In this document: positions 40,769-52,071 of the stretch, one piece after another
Layout: each line of letters opens with the position of its first letter
How positions within the stretch are numbered: the stretch's first letter is position 1
Origin: an uncultured Gemmatimonadales bacterium
Lineage (GTDB): Bacteria; Gemmatimonadota; Gemmatimonadetes; Longimicrobiales; Longimicrobiaceae
Direction: 5' to 3'
NCBI GenBank assembly: GCA_963716255.1
Contig: OY970303.1
Coordinates: 3,200,001-3,264,000, forward strand
Length of the DNA: 64,000 nucleotides
Notes under the pieces: generated by a model
What the model was told of the DNA's origin: nothing
The model's database searches: none
Seen by the model: the letters and a program-made list of their open reading frames with translations, nothing else
Program-made: the position numbers and the translations under genes

Positions 40769-42709
40769 CTACGCCGGCGCGGCGCCGGGCTGCGGCGGGG
40801 CCGCCGGTTCCGCGGCCGGCGCCGCAGCGGGGAGGAGGAGGCGGAAGGTGCTCCCCACAGCCGGCTCCGAGTCCACCTCCAGCGTGCCCCCCAGCAGCCG
40901 CGCCAGGCGCAGCGAGATGGGGAGCCCCAGCCCCGTCCCCCCGGGCGCGGCGGCGGGGAGCTGCACGAACTCGTCGAAGATGCGGGGGATGTCCACGGTG
41001 GCGATCCCGCTCCCGCGGTCCACCACCTCCACCTTCACCCCGCCCGCCGGCGCGTCGCCGCAGCGCACCTCGATGGGCCGCCCCTCCCCGAACTTGATCG
41101 CGTTGGAAAGCAGGTTGAGGAGGATCTGCCGCACCCGCCGCGGGTCAGTCACGATCCGCCGCGTCGAGGCAGTGCAGGCGGTGCGCAGCTCCGAGCCGCG
41201 GTCCTCCGCCATGGGGCGCACGGTGACGAACAGCTCCTCCACCAGCTCGGGGACGTCCACCTCCTCCGGCTGGATCTCCATCTTGCCCGCCTCCAGCTTG
41301 GACAGGTCCAGCACGTCGTTGACCAGCTCCAGCAGGTGGCGGGCGGCGCGCTGCCCACGCTCCAGCCCGGACTGCTGCGCGTCGCCCAGCGGGCCGTAGA
41401 TGCCGGCCAGGAGCAGGTCGTTGTAGCCCAGGATGGCGTTGATGGGGGTGCGCAGCTCGTGGCTCATCGCAGCGTAGAAGCGGTCCCGGGCCTCCAGGGC
41501 GCGCTCCCGCTCCTCCTCCACCCGCTTGCGGTCGGTGATGTCCAGCACCGTCCCCAGGAAGCGGGTCGCGCGGCGGGCGGGGCCCTCCCCCTCGAAGGAG
41601 GCGCGTCCCTTGGCGACGATCCAGCGCACGGTGCCGTCCGGCCACAGCGAGCGGTACTCCACGGCGTAGTCGCCCGGGCTCGCCGGGTCCAGCGCCGCCC
41701 GCACCACGGCGTCGGTGCGCTCCCGGTCCTCCGGGTGCAGGCGGGCCAGGAAGGTGGCGTAGTCCACCTCCGCCCCGGGCGGAAGCCCGAACGCCGCCTT
41801 GCAGCGCTCCGACCAGCGCAGCTCCCCCGTCTGCGGCACGAAGTCCCACGTCCCCACCCCCGACGACTCCACCGCCAGGCGCGTGCGCTCCTCCGCCTCG
41901 CGAACCGCGCGCTCCGCCAGGCGCCGCTCGGTGAAGTCCTCCATGGAGCCGATCATGCGCACCGGGCGCCCCTCCGCGTCGCGCGCCACGAAGCCGCGGT
42001 CGCGCACCTCCGCGTACGAGCCGTCCGCCCGCCGGAAGCGGTACTCGTCCGCCCACACCTCGCCGCCGCCGTCGATGGTCGCGTGGATCCCGCCCACCAC
42101 GCGCTCCCGGTCCTCCGGGTGCACGTGTTCGTACCACCACTCCGCCACGGTGCGCAGCCCGTCCGGGCGGTGGCCCAGGACCCGCCCGAGCGCCTGGTTC
42201 CAGCGGACCTCGTCCGTGACCAGGTCCCAGTCCCAGATCACGTCGTTGGTGGCGCGCGTGACCAGGATGTAGCGCTCCTCCTCTTCGCGGCGGGCGTCCT
42301 CGGCGCGGCGGGTCTGCGTTTCGGCGCGGTGCACGCGCACCGCGTGGCGGATGCTCCGCTCCAGCCGCTCCGGCGTCAGCGACGCCTTGCCCAGGTAGTC
42401 GGCCGCGCCGGCCTTCATCAGCTCCACGGCCGTCTGCGTGTCCGACTGGCCGGTGAGCATCACCACCGGCGTGTCGATCCCTCCGGCGCGGGCCTCGCGC
42501 AGCACCCGGCCACCGTCGCCGCCGGGGAGCTGGAAGTCCAGGAGCACGCAGTCCCAGGCGGAGCCGCGCAGGGCGGCGAGCGCGGAGTCCACGTCCCCGG
42601 CCTCGGCCACCTCCGCGTCGGTGCCGGACGCGCGCAGCGCGCGGTGGACCGCCATGCGGTCCACCGCGTCGTCGTCCACGACCAGGATCCTGAGCCGCTC
42701 CCCTTCCAT
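40769..42709 (-). CDS. Hybrid REC-PAS-PAS histidine kinase
   Basis: ILVVDDD receiver, two PAS/PAC domains, MSHELRTP. Confidence 0.9.
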   Translation of the reverse strand: MEGERLRILVVDDDAVDRMAVHRALRASGTDAEVAEAGDVDSALAALRGSAWDCVLLDFQLPGGDGGRVLREARAGGIDTPVVMLTGQSDTQTAVELMKAGAADYLGKASLTPERLERSIRHAVRVHRAETQTRRAEDARREEEERYILVTRATNDVIWDWDLVTDEVRWNQALGRVLGHRPDGLRTVAEWWYEHVHPEDRERVVGGIHATIDGGGEVWADEYRFRRADGSYAEVRDRGFVARDAEGRPVRMIGSMEDFTERRLAERAVREAEERTRLAVESSGVGTWDFVPQTGELRWSERCKAAFGLPPGAEVDYATFLARLHPEDRERTDAVVRAALDPASPGDYAVEYRSLWPDGTVRWIVAKGRASFEGEGPARRATRFLGTVLDITDRKRVEEERERALEARDRFYAAMSHELRTPINAILGYNDLLLAGIYGPLGDAQQSGLERGQRAARHLLELVNDVLDLSKLEAGKMEIQPEEVDVPELVEELFVTVRPMAEDRGSELRTACTASTRRIVTDPRRVRQILLNLLSNAIKFGEGRPIEVRCGDAPAGGVKVEVVDRGSGIATVDIPRIFDEFVQLPAAAPGGTGLGLPISLRLARLLGGTLEVDSEPAVGSTFRLLLPAAAPAAEPAAPPQPGAAPA

Positions 42710-42756
42710 TCAGCGCCGGGGGTGCGGGGTGCCGCGGGGGGGTGCTGCCGGGAGGG

Positions 42757-43176
42757 TCACGGCATCTCCACCAGCGTCCAGTACTTGTTGAGCGTCGCCA
42801 TGGCCTCCACGAAGCTGACGAAGGTGACCGGCTTGAGGATGTAGCCGGCGACGTTGAGGTGGTAGGCGTCCACCCGGTCGCGCTCGTCGTCCGAGGTGGT
42901 GAGCACCACCACCGGCGTGAGCCCCAGCTCCGGGTCGGCGCGCAGCTCGCGCAGGAACTCGATGCCGTTCATGCGCGGCATGTTGAGGTCCAGCAGGACC
43001 AGCCGGCGCTCGCGCGGGATCTCCGGGCCGCGCAGCAGCGCCAGCGCGTCCAGGCCGTTCCCCGCCACCCACAGCGGGTTGCCGATGTTGTTCTTCTTGA
43101 AGGCGCGGCGGACGTTCATCACGTCCACCTCGTCGTCCTCCACCAGGAGGATGTTGAGCATTCTGTCTCCGGCCAC
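42757..43176 (-). CDS. Single-domain response regulator (Rcp1-like)
   Basis: ILLVEDD, LLDLNMPRMNG, VVVLTTS and GYILKPV motifs. Confidence 0.92.
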   Translation of the reverse strand: MAGDRMLNILLVEDDEVDVMNVRRAFKKNNIGNPLWVAGNGLDALALLRGPEIPRERRLVLLDLNMPRMNGIEFLRELRADPELGLTPVVVLTTSDDERDRVDAYHLNVAGYILKPVTFVSFVEAMATLNKYWTLVEMP

Positions 43177-43179
43177 GGT

Positions 43180-45978
43180 TCAGGCTCCGGCGTCGGCTTC
43201 GGGCTCCACGGGCCAGAGGAAGCGGAAGGCGGAGCCTTCCCCCTCGGCGGACTCGACCCAGACCCGGCCGCCCCGGCTCTCCACCAGCTTGCGCACCAGC
43301 GAGAGCCCGATCCCGGTTCCCTCCACCTTGTCGCGGGCGGCCAGGGTCTGGAAGATCCCGAAGATACGGTCGTGGTACTCCGGGGCAATCCCCGGGCCGT
43401 TGTCGCGCACGGCGAACTCCCAGAAGGCGCCGCGCTCCGCGGCCGACACCTCCACCCGGGCGTCGGGGCGGTGGGTGTACTTGACCGCGTTCCCCACCAG
43501 GTTCATGAACACCTGCTGCAGCGGCAGACGCTCCGCCACCAGCGTGGGCATGGGCCCCACCTCCACCGCCACGCCCTCCGGGGGGGCGAGCAGGTCCAGC
43601 ACCTCGTCCAGCAGGGCGCCCACCTCCACCGGCTCCGGCCTCTCGCGGACGCGCCCGGCGCGGGAGTACTGGAGCACGCCGTCGATCAGCCCCTCCATGC
43701 GGTGCACGCGCACGCGCATCAGGTCCAGGTGCTGGCGGCTCTCGGCCGGGACGGCGTCGCCCAGGTCCTCCTCGATCCACTGCGACAGGTTGGCGATCCC
43801 CCGCAGCGGCGCCTTGAGGTCGTGCGAGGCCACGTAGGCGAACTGGTCCAGCTCGCGGTTGCTGGCCTCCAGCGCCCGCGCCAGCCGGGCGAGCTCCTCG
43901 GCCTTGCGCTCGATCTCGCGGCGCGCCCGCACCTGCGCGGTGATCTCCACGCCGTGCACGAAGATCCCGGAAACGGAGCCGTCCGCCTCGCGGAGCGGCT
44001 GGTACACGAAGTCCAGGAACGCCTCCTCCGCGGCGCCCCCCGGCAGGCGCTGCAGCTCGATGCGCACCTCGCTCCCCACGAACGGCTCGCCGCTCCGAAA
44101 GACGCCGTCCAGCAGCTCCACGAAGCCCTGCCCCACCACCTCCGGGAGCGCTTCCGCCACCGGCTTGCCCACCACCTCGCGGTGCCCCACCAGCTGGCGG
44201 TACGGCGGGTTCGCGGTCTCGAACGCGTGCTCCGGCCCGCGCAGCGTGGCGATGAAGGCCGGGGCCCGCTGGAAGATCTCCCGCAGCCGGGTGCGCTCGG
44301 TGTCCAGCGCGGCGATCAGCCGGTCGCGCTCGGCCGCCGTTTCCCTCTGGTCGTGGATGTCGGTGCAGGTGCCGAACCACCCCACGATGGCGCCGTCCTC
44401 GCCGCGCTGGGCCAGCGCCTGCCCCAGCAACCACCGGTACGTCCCGTCGTGGCGGCGGAAGCGATACTCGATGGAGTACGGCTCGCCGGTGTCCAGCGAA
44501 TGCTGCCAGCGGATCCGGGCGCGCTCCCGGTCGTCGGGGTGCAGCACGTCGTTCCAGCCGGCGCCGCGCGTGGCCTCCAGGTCCAGCCCCGTGTAGTCGA
44601 ACCAGCGGCGGTTGTAGTACTCGTGGTAGCCGTCCGGCCGCGTGATCCACACCAGCTGGGGGATGGCGTCGGTCATGAAGCGGTAGTCGGCCTCGCTCCG
44701 CCGCAGCGCCTCCTCCGCCTCCTTGTGGTCCTGCACGTCCGTGTTGACGCCGAACCAGCGCGTGATGCGCCCCTCCGCGTCGCGCATGGCCTGGGCGCGG
44801 GCCAGGTGCCAGCGGTCGGCGCCGTCGTGGCGGCGCAGCCGGAACTCGGTCTCGTACGGCTCCCCGGTCGCCAGCGAGCGGGCCCACCGCTCGCCCGCGC
44901 CCGGCAGGTCGTCCGGGTGCACCATCGCCTGCCAGCCGTCGCCCACCACGGCCTCCGGGGGCGCGCCGAAGTACGCCGCGGTCCGGTCGCTCACGTAGTC
45001 CAGCGCCCCGTCGGGGCGCGCGGTCCACACCTGGGCGGGGAGGGTCTCCGCCAGGAAGCGGTAGCGGTCCTCGCTGGCGCGGCGGGCTTCGTCCGCGCGC
45101 TTTTCCTCGTCGATGTTGCGGAAGTAGACCGAGAGCCCGTCCGGCGAGGGGTAGGCGCGCACCTCGAACCACGAGTCCAGCGGCGGATAGAACGCCTGGA
45201 ACTGCACGGTGTGCTGCTCCGCGGCCGCGCGGCGGTACTGCTCCCAGAAGGGCGATCCCACCGCCTCCGGGAACTCGTCCCACACGCTCTTTCCCAGCAG
45301 CTCCCCGCGCGTGCGGGCCAGCAGGTGCTCCGCCTCGTCGTTGAGGTAGGTGAAGCGCCACGCCCGGTCCAGCGCGAAGAAGGCGTCGGTGATGCTCTCC
45401 AGGATGCGCTGCGTCTGCTCGCGGGCGCGCTCGGCCGCGCGGACCTCCATGCCGGCCAGGCGCTCGATCTCGGCCGCCGCCTGCCGCAGCTCGATCTCCC
45501 GCAGGGCCGAGACCGCGAGCTCGCGCATCACCTCCACGTCGCCGTCGCTCCATTCCCGCGGCTCCATGGAGATGGCGCAGAACGACCCGATCACCTCGCC
45601 GTCCGCGGTGGCCAGCGGCACTCCCAGGTACGCCGCGACGCCCAGCGATTCCACCGTGGGCACCCCGGCATACAGCGGGTCGGCCCGCGTGTCGGGGATC
45701 ACCAGCGGCTCGCGCGAAGCGATGGCGTAGTGGCAGAAGGTGGTCCCGGAAAGCTCCCGGCCGCTCGCCAGCGGCTCGGGGAAGCCGAAGCAGCTCTTGT
45801 AGAAGTCGCGGTCGGCGTCCACCAGCGAAAGGAAGGTGGCGGGGACGCCCAGGATGCGCGCGGCGAGGCGGGTCAGCCGGTCGAACACCTCCTCCGGGGC
45901 GGTGTCCAGGAGCTCCGTGCGGCGGACAGCCGCGACACGGAGCGGGTCCCGGACGTAGGTTGGGGAACCAGGTTGCAT
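43180..45978 (-). CDS. GAF-multi-PAS histidine kinase
   Basis: GAF (EEVFDRLTRLAARILG), four PAS domains, FAYVASHDLKAPLR. Confidence 0.9.
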   Translation of the reverse strand: MQPGSPTYVRDPLRVAAVRRTELLDTAPEEVFDRLTRLAARILGVPATFLSLVDADRDFYKSCFGFPEPLASGRELSGTTFCHYAIASREPLVIPDTRADPLYAGVPTVESLGVAAYLGVPLATADGEVIGSFCAISMEPREWSDGDVEVMRELAVSALREIELRQAAAEIERLAGMEVRAAERAREQTQRILESITDAFFALDRAWRFTYLNDEAEHLLARTRGELLGKSVWDEFPEAVGSPFWEQYRRAAAEQHTVQFQAFYPPLDSWFEVRAYPSPDGLSVYFRNIDEEKRADEARRASEDRYRFLAETLPAQVWTARPDGALDYVSDRTAAYFGAPPEAVVGDGWQAMVHPDDLPGAGERWARSLATGEPYETEFRLRRHDGADRWHLARAQAMRDAEGRITRWFGVNTDVQDHKEAEEALRRSEADYRFMTDAIPQLVWITRPDGYHEYYNRRWFDYTGLDLEATRGAGWNDVLHPDDRERARIRWQHSLDTGEPYSIEYRFRRHDGTYRWLLGQALAQRGEDGAIVGWFGTCTDIHDQRETAAERDRLIAALDTERTRLREIFQRAPAFIATLRGPEHAFETANPPYRQLVGHREVVGKPVAEALPEVVGQGFVELLDGVFRSGEPFVGSEVRIELQRLPGGAAEEAFLDFVYQPLREADGSVSGIFVHGVEITAQVRARREIERKAEELARLARALEASNRELDQFAYVASHDLKAPLRGIANLSQWIEEDLGDAVPAESRQHLDLMRVRVHRMEGLIDGVLQYSRAGRVRERPEPVEVGALLDEVLDLLAPPEGVAVEVGPMPTLVAERLPLQQVFMNLVGNAVKYTHRPDARVEVSAAERGAFWEFAVRDNGPGIAPEYHDRIFGIFQTLAARDKVEGTGIGLSLVRKLVESRGGRVWVESAEGEGSAFRFLWPVEPEADAGA

Positions 45979-46154
45979 GGCCCGGAGCAGTGGAGTGGAG
46001 GTCGACCCTGGGGTCGCGAGCTCCGTCCCTCCTGCAAGGCTCCCGCCACGCGGCCCCGGATCGTGTGGAACCAGTGGGGGTATGAGCGCGCGACGGCCCG
46101 CAACGGGGCGGGCCGGGAGCGGGGGAGCTCCCCCAGCAGCGACCTGAGGGACGG

Positions 46155-46718
46155 ATGCACGTATACCTGAAAGAAGAGCCGGTGGAGCTGGAGATCCGCG
46201 AGGTGGACCCCGAGGGGCTGGTCCCGGAGGACTCCGACCTGATCCCCGTGGCGTTCTACGTCGCCGGCAACGAGCGGCCCAGCTTCCGCGCCATCCTCCC
46301 CCCGCAGACGGTGGCGGTGCTGGAGGAGGCGACGCTGGCTCCCGTGCGCCTGGGGCTGCTGGCCGAGGAGCCGGAGGACGCCGGCGAGATCCACGCCATG
46401 GTGGGGCTTTCGGTGACCATGCACGGCGACCCCGAGGAGGCGGAGACGGCGCACGGCGACGAGGAGCGTCCCCCCGCCGAGCCCTGGAGCACCGACCCCG
46501 ATGCCTGGCGCGGACTGGGCGGCGACGACGAGGACGAGGAAGCGGAGGAGGGCGGGGAGCGCACGGTGCTGCTGGCCTTCGCGCCGCTGGTGCGCCTGCG
46601 CCGCAAGTTCCCGGACGACTTCGCCGAGGAGCTCGCCGACCTGCTGGAGACCGCCCTCGCGGGGGACACCAAGCCGTCGCTGGAGGCCAGGATCGACGAC
46701 ATGCTGGGAGGGCTGTGA
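46155..46718 (+). CDS. Acidic hypothetical protein
   Basis: Strong GC3 codon bias, RBS; no recognised motif. Confidence 0.7.
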   Translation: MHVYLKEEPVELEIREVDPEGLVPEDSDLIPVAFYVAGNERPSFRAILPPQTVAVLEEATLAPVRLGLLAEEPEDAGEIHAMVGLSVTMHGDPEEAETAHGDEERPPAEPWSTDPDAWRGLGGDDEDEEAEEGGERTVLLAFAPLVRLRRKFPDDFAEELADLLETALAGDTKPSLEARIDDMLGGL

Positions 46719-46740
46719 ACGGCTTCGGCAAATGGCGTGA

Positions 46741-47765
<1,025 letters not shown>

Positions 47766-48246
47766 CCCGCGGCGCCCGCGCCGGGGCGTCGCGCTGGCGC
47801 CGTCCTTGCCATGAGACCGTCCCGGGGGACGGCGGCCAGCGCGAACGGGCGCTGCTCCAGCGCCTCGCCGAGGGCATCGGCGAGTCGTGCCGGGTGGTCG
47901 TCCTGAACGACAATCCCGCCGGTTTCCGCAGGCGGTTCCGCGAGTTCGCCGGTGCCCGCGCTCCACGCGCGCGGAGCCCGGGCCGCAGCGCCGGCCCTCG
48001 CGGCCGGCGCCTGAGGCGAACCCGGAAATCCTTTCCGGCCGACGCCATTTTTTCCAGGGTTGCCGGGCGCCGGGCCCGCCGGTATCGTTCCCCCACACCG
48101 AAGCAGAATCCGTTCGTGCGGCCGCCCTCCCGGGCCCGGCCGCCCGCGCTCCCGCCCCGCGGGAGCGCATCCCCACGCGCGCCGTCCCGGCGCCGCCCCG
48201 CACCGTTCCGTCCTTCCCGTCGGACGACACTCCAGGAGACATCCCC

Positions 48247-48984
48247 ATGAGACTCAGCGTCCTCGCCCTCGCCGGGCTGCTGGCGCTCCCCGCCGCCGCG
48301 GCGGCGCAGGACCCGCTTCCCCCCGGGCAGCTCCCGCCCGCGCGCTTTGCCGTCACCCCGTTCGTGGGCATTCGCGTCCCGTACAGCACCGGGGACGCGT
48401 TCCTGTTCACCGGCGACGGCCGCAGCTTCGCCATCGACGAGGACCGCGGCGGCGGCGCGCTGGCCGGGGTGGAGGCGGAGGCCCGCGTGCGCGGTCCGCT
48501 GAGCGTGCTCGGCTCGCTGGCCTACAGCAGCGCGGGCGACTACGACATCACCCTCACCTCCAGCGAGGGCGAGCGCATCCCGCTCATCGCCGACACCCCG
48601 GACATGTGGATGGCGAAGCTTGCCGTGGCGTACCGGCTCCCCGAGCCGCGCCCCGACAACCGCCGCTTCCACCCGGCCGGCTTCGTGTCGGCGGGGCCGT
48701 CGCTGGTGCGCACCAACTGGTCCGAGAGCGAGCTGGACGGCAGCGGCGACAATCACTGGGGGCTCAACCTGGGCGTGCACACCGCCACCACGCTGGGCAC
48801 GCCGCGGCTGGCGCTGAACCTGGGGATCGAGGACTACCTGACCTTCTGGGACACCGACCGGCTGGCGGCGCACGAGGCGGCGCTGTACGGGGACTTCTTC
48901 GAGGACACCGCGGCCGTGGACTTCCGCTACAGCACCTCCAATCTGGTCATGCTGCGGCTGGGGGTTTCGTTCAGGTTCCAGTAG
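48247..48984 (+). CDS. Outer-membrane beta-barrel protein
   Basis: Signal peptide, amphipathic strands, C-terminal LRLGVSFRF. Confidence 0.75.
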   Translation: MRLSVLALAGLLALPAAAAAQDPLPPGQLPPARFAVTPFVGIRVPYSTGDAFLFTGDGRSFAIDEDRGGGALAGVEAEARVRGPLSVLGSLAYSSAGDYDITLTSSEGERIPLIADTPDMWMAKLAVAYRLPEPRPDNRRFHPAGFVSAGPSLVRTNWSESELDGSGDNHWGLNLGVHTATTLGTPRLALNLGIEDYLTFWDTDRLAAHEAALYGDFFEDTAAVDFRYSTSNLVMLRLGVSFRFQ

Positions 48985-49011
48985 GGGTTTTCGTCCGGTC
49001 TTCGATGTCGG

Positions 49012-49048
49012 AGGGTGGTCCCGGGCTGGTTCCGGGGCCGCCTTTTTC
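49012..49048 (+). terminator. Probable intrinsic terminator
   Basis: GGTGGTCCCGG/CCGGGGCCGCC hairpin followed by TTTTT. Confidence 0.6.
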
Positions 49049-49196
49049 GTGTTTCCTCAGCTGTGGGGGGCCGCTCCGGAACCAGGCCAAACTGCCGGCC
49101 TGTTTCCTACGCGGGCTCCGGGAGCCCCGCGGTACTGCTGCGAGTCTCCCTCCGAACAGACGCATGTGGGTACCGCGGAACCGCGAACCGCAACGA

Positions 49197-49238
49197 CGGC
49201 GAAGCCCCACCCTCCGTGCGGAGGGTGGGGCTTCGCCG
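49197..49238. repeat. Perfect 20-bp inverted repeat
   Basis: CGGCGAAGCCCCACCCTCCG-TG-CGGAGGGTGGGGCTTCGCCG. Confidence 0.9.
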
Positions 49239-49382
49239 CGTGGGCGGGCGAGGCTCGGCGCCGAGCTCCTTCACGCGCCGGAGGCGGGACTGCCGTGCCG
49301 TTGCTCCCCCTTTCTCCCGCTTGCGGGGGAGGGGGGGCCGGGGAGTGAGGGGACCCACCCTCTCGGACGCCGGCACCAGCCC

Positions 49383-49522
49383 CGCGTGAGGGATTTCGGC
49401 CCGAAGGGGCGAGATCCGGCGGGGTTGTTTCCGCCGGAGCTCGACTCCGTTGGGCTGCGTTGTTTGCAGCCCTACGGAGCCGAAGCCCGACCCCGGCGCC
49501 AGCCGGGGGCACGCCCGAACCC
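49383..49522 (+). repeat. Structured dispersed repeat, copy 9
   Basis: Consensus match; arms TCCGGCGG and GGGCTGC. Confidence 0.95.
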
Positions 49523-49527
49523 CGTCG

Positions 49528-51093
49528 TCAGGTGAAGACGTCGACGGCTTCCTGCATGGTCCGCAACTCCACACACCCCTCCACCGGCGCCGTCTTCGGC
49601 ATCCGGCGCGCGATCGCCGCCGCCCGCGAGTGGGCCAGGTTCCAGCCGCGCCGGTCGCGCGGGGTCCGCAGCTCGTCGCGCAGGTCCTCGCGGAGCACGC
49701 AGGCATCCAGCGGGACCATCTCCAGGCGGCGCAGCCCCCCGGCGACGGCGGGGGCGGCGTCGGCGCTCAGGCGCGACAGGTACACGGCGTCCAGCTTCCC
49801 CGTGCGCTCCGCGCGGCGCAGGTTGGTGCGGGCGATCAGCGCGTCCGGGTTCAGCACATTGAGCGCGGCCACCACCGCGAAGCCCGACATCACCGCGCCG
49901 CGCGGGAAGCGCCCCGGCCGCCCGCGCAGCACCGTGGCCGCGAACCAGGCCAGCACCATCCCCAGCCACCCCATGAAGGCGGTGGTGTACAGGCGCAGCT
50001 CCGTCAGGCCGTAGGCCGCCTGGTACAGGCGCATCCGCTGCACCGCCGACACCATCACCACGAAGAGCAGCGCCACCAGCACCCCGGCGAGCACCCGGAA
50101 GACGCGCTCGCCGCGGCCGCCCTTTTCGCGGAGCAGCGCGTGGAGGGCGAGGAGCATGGGGAGCGCCAGCACGGCCACCCACACCAGCTCGAAGAAGCCG
50201 CGGCGCGCGTACTCGCCCCACCCCATTTCCAGCGACCGGCTCACCCACGCCTGCCCGCCGAACAGGTAGCGGAACTGCACCGCCACGAAGGCAAGGAAGA
50301 GCCCGTCCAGCAGCGCCAGCACCGTGGCCACCTCGGTCGCCCCCAGGGTGGGGCGGGGAAGGGCGGCCGTGCTCAGCTCGCCCCGCGGCGCCTGGAGCGC
50401 CGCCCACAGCACCCCCGCCGCCGCCCAGCTCCAGAAGAGCACCCGGAAGACCGTGGCCGCCGCGGCGCCGCCGTCCCAGCGGAACAGGCCGCTCACGGCC
50501 TTCGCGAACACCGGGTCCGCCGAGGCGAACAGGGCGTTGAACACCAGCAGCAGCGGCACCGCCAGCAGGACTCCGCGCGCCACCGCCAGCACCCGCGTGG
50601 AGCGCCCCGCCGGCACCAGGCTCCGCCACTCCACCCGGGCCACGACCACCACCAGCAGCCCCACCGCCGCGTAGAAGGCGGTGGCGCCCACCCCCAGGAT
50701 CCAGCGGCCCAGCGCGCGGTCCCCCAGCCCGCCGCCGCGCGCCCGCCACGCTCCCACCATCAGCGCCGCGAGAAGCGCCAGCAGGTTGAGCGCGGCGAGC
50801 ATCGGCGAGGCGCGCCAGGCGAGCGCCGCCGCGAAGAGCAGCGCGGGAAACGCCATCCAGCGCCCCTCCCCCTCCAGCTCCGTTTCCGTGCGCCCGGCCA
50901 GCACCGCCGCCGCGCACAGCAGCGCCGCCGTCCAGATCAGCGCGTTCAGCCCCAGCACGGTCCCCGCGAACAGGCCGTTCCCCAGGACTCCAAGCGCCCC
51001 GGCCTCGCCCAGCAGCAGGAGCGACGCCCGCGTGCGCTCGCTCAGCTCCCAGGCCGGGCGCGCCGGATCCAGCGTCTCCACCCCGCCGCTCAC
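49528..51093 (-). CDS. DUF4153/DUF4173 family polytopic membrane protein
   Basis: LFASADPVF, VQFRYLFGG, EYARRGFFEL, RMRLYQAAYGLTELR and YLSRLSADA motifs. Confidence 0.85.
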   Translation of the reverse strand: MSGGVETLDPARPAWELSERTRASLLLLGEAGALGVLGNGLFAGTVLGLNALIWTAALLCAAAVLAGRTETELEGEGRWMAFPALLFAAALAWRASPMLAALNLLALLAALMVGAWRARGGGLGDRALGRWILGVGATAFYAAVGLLVVVVARVEWRSLVPAGRSTRVLAVARGVLLAVPLLLVFNALFASADPVFAKAVSGLFRWDGGAAAATVFRVLFWSWAAAGVLWAALQAPRGELSTAALPRPTLGATEVATVLALLDGLFLAFVAVQFRYLFGGQAWVSRSLEMGWGEYARRGFFELVWVAVLALPMLLALHALLREKGGRGERVFRVLAGVLVALLFVVMVSAVQRMRLYQAAYGLTELRLYTTAFMGWLGMVLAWFAATVLRGRPGRFPRGAVMSGFAVVAALNVLNPDALIARTNLRRAERTGKLDAVYLSRLSADAAPAVAGGLRRLEMVPLDACVLREDLRDELRTPRDRRGWNLAHSRAAAIARRMPKTAPVEGCVELRTMQEAVDVFT

Positions 51094-51245
51094 CGGGCAC
51101 CTCCGGCCGTGGCCGTGCGGACCGTCTCCAGGCGGATGCGCGTGGGGGCGTGCAGCCAGCTGTCCTCGTCGCCGATCACGAAGCGCTCGACCACCCGCTC
51201 CACCCCCACGCCCTCCGTCACCAGCAGCTGCGGTTGCCCTTGCAT
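51090..51245 (-). CDS. 51-aa small protein
   Basis: [59 protein letters not shown]; stop overlaps the next GTG. Confidence 0.6.
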   Translation of the reverse strand: MQGQPQLLVTEGVGVERVVERFVIGDEDSWLHAPTRIRLETVRTATAGGAR

Positions 51246-51314
51246 GGTCCCGCCGCCTCCCATCTGAAGGTGAAACGGGGCGCGCCCTCCCGGCGCGCCC
51301 CGCGTGGTCCTCCG

Positions 51315-52064
51315 CTACCCCGTGGCCTGGAGCACCCGCCCGAAGCGGCGCTCCCGCCCGGCGAACTCGCGCACCGCCCCCTGCAGGTCGGCGGGCGTGA
51401 ATTCGGGCCACATCTTGGGCGAGAAGAGCAGCTCCGCGTAGGCGCATTCCCACAGGAGGAAGTCGCTGAGCCGCTGCTCGCCCCCGGTGCGGATGAGCAG
51501 GTCCACGTCCGGCGTGCCGCCGGGGGAGTGGATCTCCTCGCCCAGCGCGCGGGCGAACTCCTCGCGCGTGGGCTCACCGCCGCCGCCCAGGCGGGCCGCG
51601 GCGCGCAGGATCGCGTCGCGCGCCGAGTAGTCGATCGCCACGCGGAAGTGCATGGCCCGCCCCGCGGCCGTGGCGCTCTCCGCCGTCCGCACCGTGGTGA
51701 GCAGCTCCGGTCCCAGCCGGTCCCGCCGCCCCACGACGCTGAGCCGCACCTCGTTCTCCACGCAGCGCCGCGTCTCCCCCACCAGGTACGCCCGGAACAG
51801 GCGCATCAGCGCCGTCACCTCGGGGCCCGGCCGCTGCCAGTTGTCGGACGAGAAAGCGTACACCGTGAGCGTGCCGATCCCCATCTCCCGCGCGGCCTCC
51901 ACGATCTGCCGCACCGTGCGCGCGCCCGCCTTGTGCCCCGCCGCCCGAGGCCACCCCCGCGCCCGTGCCCAGCGCCCGTTGCCGTCCATGATCATCGCGA
52001 CGTGCATCGCGGAGAGATCCGTGTCGGCTCGAAAAGAACTCTGTTTCATAAAGTGCATGGGCAA
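51315..52064 (-). CDS. uppS: Cis-prenyltransferase (UppS family, probably a paralogue)
   Basis: HVAMIMDGNGRWA, YAFSSDNWQRP, IRTGGEQRLSDFLLWE and RERRFG motifs; start could be 52049. Confidence 0.9.
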   Translation of the reverse strand: MPMHFMKQSSFRADTDLSAMHVAMIMDGNGRWARARGWPRAAGHKAGARTVRQIVEAAREMGIGTLTVYAFSSDNWQRPGPEVTALMRLFRAYLVGETRRCVENEVRLSVVGRRDRLGPELLTTVRTAESATAAGRAMHFRVAIDYSARDAILRAAARLGGGGEPTREEFARALGEEIHSPGGTPDVDLLIRTGGEQRLSDFLLWECAYAELLFSPKMWPEFTPADLQGAVREFAGRERRFGRVLQATG

Positions 52065-52071
52065 AAAAATG

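Noticed and set aside
47766..48246. Coding-like stretch (RERALLQRLAEGIGESCRVVVLND)
   Set aside because: No credible start or family motif; at most a gene remnant
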